The notes under the pieces: model-generated
Told to the model about the DNA's origin: nothing
The model's input: only the letters and a program-made list of their open reading frames with translations
The model's database searches: none
Program-made: the position numbers and the translations under genes
In this document: piece after piece, positions 55,008 through 64,000 of the stretch
Numbering within the stretch: position 1 is the stretch's first letter
How the letters are laid out: every line of letters starts with the position of its first letter
DNA from: Octopus vulgaris
Taxonomy: Eukaryota
Assembly: GCA_951406725.2 (NCBI GenBank)
Contig: OX597819.1
Location: 87,358,001-87,422,000 of the forward strand
DNA length: 64,000 bases
Direction of reading: 5' to 3'

Positions 55008-55161
55008 CACAGGCAGTTAAATCTTCCCTTGAACTGAAGAAACCCTCTGAACCTATAGAAGGACTAGAAGTGCTGCAACTCTCTGTTGCAGTGAGTAAAT
55101 GATTCATCCAATTGGTTAGAGAATCTTCAGTACTGGCACAATATTCTGAACAGCTACCATC
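55008..55161 (-). CDS. PH-domain gene exon with the PH C-terminal helix (EYCASTEDSLTNWMNHL)
   Basis: ttttcacag acceptor; G|gtaagt donor; phase 0/1; conserved PH Trp. Confidence 0.85.
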
Positions 55162-55691
55162 CTGTGAAAATAAAGAATATTTACAGATTTCTCAAACAAC
55201 ACAAGTTTATCATGGCCATCAGTTTAACAACAAATGCAAAACTCAAGAATTAGTAATTAGCCTAATGTTCTTTGAACATTCTAACCCTTTCGATACCAAC
55301 CTACTCAAGGTTGATCCTGGATCTAGGATTCAAGTGTTCATTGTTAAATTGATCTACATTAAAACTTATGATCATAATTTCATTTTATGTGCCCAAAACC
55401 AGATAAATAATGACAAAATTATTTTACTAAATTCATCATTTTTGAAATTAAGTGAATCAAAGGCAGTGTATTTTAAGGGAAATATGATAACAAAAGGTTT
55501 AAATGTCAATCAAGTTACTTAGAAAAGTGTGAACTGATCATTTTTTTTACAGTTATATATGGATGTGTAAGTACAAGTGAGTATTTATGAATACCACAGT
55601 TGTAGCTGCTGCCATGAGTTTTTTTCTCAAGCATAATTCAAACACAGCTTTCTATTAATTATATTATTGCCTTTTATTCCACCTTCTAAGT

Positions 55692-56055
55692 CAGTGGTTT
55701 TCAACTGGGGGTCAATATAAGATTTTGGGGGATCCACACAAGCAAAATAGTAAATTAAGAATCCACAATAGTATTTTAAGAATCCATGAAAAAATTTTTG
55801 ATTTGGATGTATTTAATGCAAGAAACAGCTAGGTTCCTTTCTCTAATGTTTTACATAGTTTAACATGTTTCCAGCTACTGTAACATATTCTCTCAGTGAG
55901 TGCTATTATAAACCTACACAAATGAACATGTGACAAACAAAATAGAAATTTTGAAAGAAGTATCTATAAGACTAGTTTTTAAACACTAAATGGCTATGGG
56001 GTTTCACCATAGCTGTCAAAGGGATTCATAGATAAAAAATGATTGACAACTCCTG
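55692..56055. mobile_element. hAT MITE
   Basis: CAGTGGTTTTCAA / TTGACAACTCCTG; TSD ttctaagt/ttttaagt. Confidence 0.7.
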
Positions 56056-56439
56056 TTTTAAGTCATAGTAGGCCCTATCGGGTAAAAACCCTCTTTGGTC
56101 ATGAATGACCATGGGATTGCACCTAGAAAGTTACACTCCAAGGCACAAGTCTGGGCAAGGTTGTTCATGAAAGGCCAGCAGTCACCTATGCATGCCAGCC
56201 TCCCCTCTCCATGCCACTAATGTTATCCAAGAGAAAGGCAAAGGCTGATACAGCTTGGCACCAGTGACATCACAACCCATTTCTACAGCTGAGTGAACTG
56301 GAGCAATATAAATAAATATATTTAAAGAAAATAATTATAATTTTTCCCTTTTTGAGGTTTTTCACACTGATTACTTGATAAATTCTTATAAAGATTTTAT
56401 CCAATTTTTAAATTTATATTTATTTTGGTATTTATGGGA

Positions 56440-56620
56440 GCAACTGTCTTCGAAGACTCATATTGTCATTGATTGCTCGAAATGGGGAGTAGCTAGACAG
56501 CCGGAAACTGATGAAGGGTCATTCTTTGTATTACTTGAACTTTTTTTTTCTTGCTATTTGCATATTTAACTCATTTGTTTGTGTATTTCTTGTTGTTTAT
56601 TGTTGGTGACGTCCTATATA
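56440..56620 (+). mobile_element. Decayed hammerhead-bearing tail related to the 611-980 family
   Basis: tcGAAAtggggagTAgctagacagccggaaaCTGATGAagggtcattcttt parallels tcGAAAcacagagTAgataaaacaggggacaaCTGATGAagggaatgttcttt. Confidence 0.55.
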
Positions 56621-57279
56621 TATATATATATAAATTTATATTATATACACACACACACATATATATATAAAACCATAAAATCAGGAGGTATGAGAGGTGA
56701 ATATATATATATATATTTATTTAACCAGATGACTTCCATGGGGCCACAGCCATTTTCACAACCTGTAAGCTGAGGCCCTAAGAAGAGCTTTCTGTGACAG
56801 CCACAGGATTCTCTGAATCCAAATTTTTTTATCTTGGTATTGAGCACTTTTTCTCTTTCTCTCAGTTCTTTTTTCTATTCATTTTCTTTCCTTTGATAGA
56901 AGGTATCACCCATAATGTCAGATTCTCATCTGTTACTTCCTTTGGCTTATTAAGCTTTATGCTCACATTTTTGTCTGCCATGTTTTCATGTCTCCCCACC
57001 ACACACACACACACACACTTTACAATTCAGGCACATGCTTTCACTTGTGCGATTCTGCATAGCATTTTTTTGTTGCTTTTAATTGTGAGTTTTTATGTGT
57101 TTCCTCTTTACCTCATAAACCTTCTTGTATTATTTGTGTGATTTTTACCTACTCACATGTAAATACTTTGGGTTTAGTCATTAGAAAGATATACTTGTCA
57201 TTCAACTATTTGAGATATAATTTCATTTTTCAAAAGAACTAAATATATATTTTTTTTAATTGTGTGACTAACTTCACAA

Positions 57280-57500
57280 AAAGCACAAATTAAGTTTTGT
57301 GTCATCTATTTCTATGCATATCATTGTCGATTGTATACTTCTCTGTTTGTTTGCCTCAGTGAAAAATTTGAGTGAGGGGTTCTCAGTTTTCATTTTATGC
57401 ATATCAGTATCAAATACTTTTGAATTTGAAATTTTGTCAATTAACTTAGTCATCTCCATGCTTCAGTGCATTCAATCAGGATATATACCATGGCCATCCA
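57280..57500 (-). pseudogene. Possible hAT transposase relic
   Basis: KVFDTDMHKMKTENPSLKFFTEAN weakly resembles RLFxxLCxEMxAEHxxLLFHTEVRW. Confidence 0.35.
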
Positions 57501-59978
57501 GGTTTTATTTTCAGCAACAGACATTTCCAAAGAATACTTCCTGAGTATTAACATGCATGTATTTAATGTAACAAAAACAAAAAGAACCCTTAACCTTTTT
57601 GATACCAAACTGCCCATGACTGCCCATGGATCTATGTTATAGACTTTCTATTTTAACCCTTTATTCTACCAGTTTTATGATCAAACCAGACAAAGCTGAT
57701 CTCTCACACCTACTCTACAATGTCATTCTAAAAATAAACAATCACATCACTGAACTCTTTAAGCTGAACTCTCAAATCAATATGAATAAATAGGTATTAG
57801 ATTTGACAAAAAAAATGAAAACTAAATAGTTAAAGTGAACTAAATTTCATTTTAATTTATATTGTAAACTCCAGTTCAAAAATGATAAAGTAGACAGTAT
57901 CAATGTTATGATCAGAAAGCTAGGATTCCTTTCTAAAAGAAGAAGGGAAAATTAGGCTTCAGTACTGAGTCATACAAGCAAAATTACAAAGTAAATTCTT
58001 TGTTTCATGTATTTACAAATACTGGTTATTTGCAATCCTGGTTACAAATAAACAGTATTTCCAAAGCTGGAAGCAGCCTGTCTGTGTGTGCATGTGCACA
58101 TGCACTTGTGTCATGGTATTGTTTGCAAGCTGTGTAGGTGGTGTTACCATATTAATGATGTTGTTCATATCTGCCACAAAAACATGTTTGACTGTCTGAG
58201 CACTGTGTAAGCAATGTCACTACATAAAACAGTGTCTTTGTTTATATCTGTTACAAATACAGGTTTGGTCATTGAAATAGTTAGTCATTCAAAAACCCAG
58301 ATGAAATAATACCACATTTGGAAACGAGATGGTAGTAGACAGAGCATCCAACCATGGCAAAATTGCTTTAAACCTTCTGAATATTCTGAATACTCAGTCA
58401 AATGTAATACTTATTTATTAAAAGTGCTTTGAATTAATTATAGACTATCTTGTATCTTCAAGATATCAATGATGTGATTATTTATTTCTCTCACATCTAC
58501 CCTACAATGTCAATGTAGGGTAGGTGTGAGAGGCCAGGGCAGATACAGCTGGTATGTCGATGGTATGCTTAAGATTTAAGTCTCATATAACTCCTGCTAG
58601 CATAGAAAAATGTGGATGTTAAAATAAATATTATGATGATGGCTACAGCAATCTGTAAGTGAAAAGAAAACCATTTCATCCAAGGGCATAAAATGAAAAC
58701 CTCCAAGCATTATTACTGAAGCAAGTATAAGAAACATCATCATCATTTAATGTCTGTTTTCGTTTTCCAAGCTGGCATAGGTTAGATGGTTTGACTGGAA
58801 CTGGTAAGCCAGAGACCTGCACCAGGCTCCAGTTTGATTTTGGCTTGGTTTCTACAGCTTCCTAATGCTAACCACTTCATAGAATGTACCAAGTGCCTAT
58901 AACATGTCCCTGCCATGGGTTTCTTTAATGTGTCACCAGCATAGGGAAACAGAGAAATGACAAATTTCTAATACATTAATTACAAAATAAAAATTCTTTC
59001 AGGAATAGCAAGAATCTAGAGAACCAGAGACTTACTGTTTTGGGTTGTTTTTATTTTTTACCATTTCATCAGAAGTATTGAGAGATTGAGACACAAAGTT
59101 ACTCTTGGATAAGAGATTAAGCTATTACAGTTTTCGTTCTCAGAAAGCTTTGATACAAAAGTCATCCACACCATTAAGTAAACTTAGGTATATCAAATTG
59201 AATATCCTATCCAGAGAAAACAAAATTTTTCTTGTAATAATGAACTTAAAACAAAAGCTTTGTCATTCAATATCTCATTCATCTACCCATCAATTTCACT
59301 TCTCCAATTACAAATAGATAGTACTTTAAATAAACAGAGAAGAAAGGCAATAAAGAAAAGGTACCAAAGCAGTGACCAGACAGTCAGAAGTTCAAACTTA
59401 ACAGTGCAATGCTTTTGAGGAATGCAGATAATTTTGCTTACCCCAGTTAGCTATAAAAAAAAAATTTTAAAAAAAAAACAATAAAAAAGGAGAGGTTCCA
59501 TTTCAACAGCATGGTTGAATGGTAAGCAGAAGAAAGAGCATCAAGCTGTAAAATTAATTGCTGAATGACAAGGACTTATGATAACAAACAGCAAAACTCA
59601 ACTAGTTTCACATCCTTATGGCATATTAGGATCCAGAGAGAAAAAGAGAGAAAGGTGTAGTAGTAATAATAGTAGTAGTGGTATTAGTGGTGGTAGTTAT
59701 AAAGGATCAAAGGTCCTGCCTGAGCTCAAAAGTTCAGTTTCCGGATTCTGTAGTATATATATATATTTCACCCCTGGATGGGACACCAGTTGGTTGTAGG
59801 ACTTTTTTTGCTAGCTGAGCGAACTTGAGCAACATGAAATGAAGTGTTTTGTTCAAAAACAGGATGTATCACTTGATCCCAAGAATCAAAACCACAATCT
59901 TACAACACCCAAACCACTAAGCCATGAACTTTCATCGTCATAGTAGTAGCAGTAGTAGTAGTAGTAGTAAAGTGTTAC

Positions 59979-60135
59979 CTTCGTAGTTATTTGGAACATG
60001 AACTGTCTGCCAGGCAAAGGGTCACTGGTAGTAACAATATGGCTTCCATTCAAATCAATGCAATCTATCGATGTAGATTGAGTTTCATATTTTGGATAGC
60101 AATACAAGACATTCCCTTTCAGAACAAACCAGAAT
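59979..60135 (-). CDS. PH-domain gene exon (FWFVLKGNVLYCY...IDLNG...FMFQITTK); upstream exons not found in the window
   Basis: tttatttccag acceptor; AAG|gtaac donor; phase 2/0; PH beta2-beta6 pattern. Confidence 0.9.
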
Positions 60136-62439
60136 CTGGAAATAAAGACAAATAACACTTTATACCAGGTAAAATAAATGTGTGTGTGTATGTGTGTGTG
60201 TGTGTGCATTTATTTCCTGTGATTCACCAAGAAGCAATAAATTACAGGATTCAACACACAAATCATATACCTCTTACCCGTTTCCTTCATTGGACTGTGG
60301 TCATGCTGGAGTACCACCTTGAAGGGTTTTAATCAAACAGATCAACCCTGGAACTTATTTTTTAGTCTGGTATTTATTCCATCGCTCTCTTTTGCTGAAC
60401 CAATAAGTTACAGACACATAAACGAACCAAATCAAATTTGGGAATGAGGGGAAAAACACAGGCACAAAGACAAACACCACACACACACACACACACACAC
60501 ATACACACACACATGAAATGCTTCCATATAATTTCCATCAACCAAATTCACTCACAGTAATATTCATTGCCTTGAGGTTTATAGTTGAAAACACATGTCC
60601 AAGGGCTCACATGACTCTAGTCTTTAACCTTTAGCACACTGTATGTGCATCTTGTCACTGTATAAGTTATTTCCCCTGTAGCAGTAACAAGGCAGTGGCA
60701 GGAGAAACAGTTCTAGAGAAAATGTAGTATGCTAAAGGTTAATATATTTTAACTGAAAAGCTCTAAATTTCTTTTCTTATTGTTGGTAATCTGAGACGAA
60801 TAAATTATCAAATGTCTAAATTTTCTTGATGGGTTTCATATATTTCAAATTATATTAAAATAAGAGGAAAGAGGTTCAAACTAACAGTTATGAAACTAAA
60901 ACTGAGTGCAATCGAATCCTTTCAGCTACATGTGTGTGCATGTGAACATATATACCATTTTTTTATCTTCAACTGGTTTCATTCATTTGACTGTAGCCAT
61001 GCTGGAATAGTCAAACAGATTGACCCCAGGATTTTTGTTTTTAAAGCTTAGTACTTATTCCATCAGTCTCTTTTTCTAAATTAGTAAGTTATGGGGATGT
61101 AAACTCACCAACACCAGTTGTCAAGCAGGGGTGGGGGACAAACACACACACACATATGACAGGCTTCATTCAGTTTCTGTCAATCAAATCCACTAACCAG
61201 GTTCTGATCAGCCCAAGACTATAGAAGGCATCTGCCCAAGGTACAGCACAGTGAGACTGAACCCAGTACCATGTGGTTGGGAAGCATACTTGTTTCCACA
61301 TGGCCCAACCCATATATAATTTGTATATATGTATGTATACATGTGTGGGTGCACACAAATATATGTGTGTGTGTATATATGCACATCCTACAGTACATCA
61401 TTAGCAGTTTTTCCAAAGCCATGGGTGAAAATCACTTCTGTCACCATAGCCAGGTCTTGAGGCCCGTAGCAAATACTATCTGTAAATGAATTAGCAATGG
61501 TAAACATCTTCACCGAATAAAGTCTATCATTTTCATGTTGAGGAAAGACTGACATCAGCCACCACAATCAAATTCTAGAGCCTGTGACCAATGGCACAAA
61601 ACAGGAAGCTGAAGACCTGGTGAAGAAACCAAAGTTTCTGGAAACCACTGCCTTAACATCATTAAATCAAACTTGATGCTGATCTTAGAAACTTCCAAGC
61701 AGGTAATTATACTAGAACTCTCAACTTGCTGAGAAGACCATATTGAGGATCATCATCATCATCATCATCATTGTTTAACGTCCGCTTTCCATGCTAGCAT
61801 GGGTTGGACAGTTCAACTGGGGTCTGGGAAGCCAGAAGGCTGCATCAGGCCCAGTCTGATCTGGCAGTGTTTCTACAACTGGATGCCCTTTCTAACGCCA
61901 ACCACTCTGTGAGTGTAGTGAGTGCTTTTTATGTGCCACCGGCACAGGTGCCAGACGTGGCTGGCAAACGGCTACGATCGGATGGTGCTTTTTACGTGCC
62001 ACCGGCATGGAGACACAAAATACTGAGGTAAATATGTCTGATGGAAGTGTGCCAAAAACGTTAGAAAAATGGTGATAGCATGTCAGGTGTGATCTAACAG
62101 AGGTATGATACAAACAGAATATTACAGAGGTAAATAGTCAAAAGTTAGCCTTAAAGGTAGCAAGAGTTGCTTTAACCCTTTTGTTACCAAATCTCTGTTG
62201 TAATAGACTGCCTTTTGGTTCAATTGCTTTTGAAAATAATGAAGAATTTAATGAAATAACTTTGTCGTCATTAAGCAGGTGTCTGGAACATAAGCTAAAT
62301 TTTGGTGGAAGGTTTTAATCAAAAATGAAATTTGTATTATAGAATGAGGAGCCATCTCAGGTGGGTTAGTATCAAAAGAGCTCATGTGGTATGGATAAGA
62401 GAACCTAAGTCATGGAATAATTAGTGCTGCCTAAACACA

Positions 62440-62960
62440 AGTTGAGATTTAAACAACTCCAGTTCTATCACTTGGTGGGAGTGTCCAATTGTTGAAAGAA
62501 AAACCCAATATTTCAGATGGCATCACTGATGTAACCAGACACACCACAAGATGATGTGTGAACAAAACTTTGTAGCTTCTCAGTTGTAGGTTTTGCTTGC
62601 CAGTCTGAAATTTCATCTGTAAATTTTCAATAGATCCAGCTATGAGAGCTAGGTCATCAGTATGCAAGTGTTTCCACAATAAGTCTTAAACTCTTCTGTT
62701 ATAACCTGGAGAACTATAATAAACAAAGAGGACGGCAAAACGAGCCTTGATGGACAACTACTAGCATTATAAATTCATAGCTTTATTAATGAGCACATGA
62801 GTATAGAGAGTAAAACAATCAAATGCCTTTTCCAGGTTCACAAATGTTAAATAGAGTGATTTCTTCCAAGCTAACTAATCCACCCAAATTTACCGCACTA
62901 GAAAAGAAGCACTGGTAGTACAATGACCTTGCACACTTTCAGAGTGCACCTCACCAGAGC
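62440..62960 (-). pseudogene. RTE-type RT relic
   Basis: KSLYLTFVNLEKAFD, VHQGS, LFIIVLQVITEEF and LHTDDLALIA in broken frames. Confidence 0.8.
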
Positions 62961-62993
62961 TATTTTTTAATCCTTATATATAGATACACACAC

Positions 62994-63033
<40 letters not shown>

Positions 63034-63249
63034 TTTATCTTATATTAAACTTTTTAATACTTTTTGATAATATATATATATATTTTTTTTTAAATAAATA
63101 AATAAAATAATAAATATAAATAGATATAATAATTTAAATTTTTTAATTTTATATTTTATATATTTTGCATATTATATTAATTATTTTTATGTTTTGGTTT
63201 ATATTTTTCACTGTTTGGTTTGCCTAATAGTGGTTTTATCTCTAATTTA

Positions 63250-63338
<89 letters not shown>

Positions 63339-64000
63339 TACACACACAAGCATAGATACATATATATGCCTACCCACAGACACACACATACACACAAACA
63401 GGCTTATGCACTACTTTCATGTACCAAAATCCATTTATAAGTTATTGGTCTACCTGATGTCATGGAAGACAGCAAAGCAAATTATTATTCCACCATACTG
63501 CCACACTGGTCCCTATTCTTACTATACATATTTATTTTTAACTGACTTGTTTTTTCATTTTGTGCATGAAAGTGAAATATGAACAACTGATGAAGACTAA
63601 GTATCTTACACAGAGCAGAGAAGATGGAGGGGAAGCAGGTGAACATATGGTTTGTTAAATGTGCCAGTAGAATATGAGAACTGCTGAGCACAAATGGATT
63701 GAAGGAATATTTGGATGCCAAAAGCATTGGGTGGAATATACACATATATAGGGGCAGGTATGGCTGTGTGATAAAGAGCATGCTTCCTAACCACATGGTT
63801 TCAGGTTCAGTCCCACTGCACAGTACCTTGGGCAAGTGACTTCTACCATAGACTCTGGCCAACCAGAGTGTGAGTGGATTTGGTAGACAGAAACTGAAAG
63901 AAGCTGGTAGAAAGAAGATTTGGTAGACAGAAACTGAAAGAAGCTGGTAGAAAGAAGATTTGTCCTTGTTTGTCCCCTCTGTGTGTAGCCCCTTGAGGGC

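Noticed and set aside
57270-57541. Additional host exon
   Set aside because: Stops in all frames after the AG; the flanking exons already join in phase and complete the PH domain
63880-63962. 40-bp tandem duplication
   Set aside because: Local slippage at a SINE junction with no further structure

Overview
AT-rich, microsatellite-dense animal DNA. The SINE families and the (TA)/(CA)/(TACA) load suggest an octopod cephalopod (inference). The right third holds the last five coding exons of a minus-strand gene: split PH domain, coiled-coil, Ser-rich tail, stop at 42104, with all splice phases compatible. The rest is nested mobile DNA: a 5'-truncated CR1/L2-group LINE with an open ORF2 and a short near-identical copy, RTE relics, Helitrons, Tc1/mariner, hAT, piggyBac-like and Merlin-like MITEs, and four SINE families. 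The most notable signal is a cluster of type I hammerhead ribozyme motifs with very short, mostly palindromic stem III. Four have intact cores, two are near-intact and several are decayed. They lie near the 3' tails of Penelope-like (PLE) relics and non-coding derivatives, which repeatedly form head-to-head palindromes or chimeras (0.2, 0.37 and 4.7 kb) inside microsatellites. All folds and family calls were made by eye; no database search or activity test was run.
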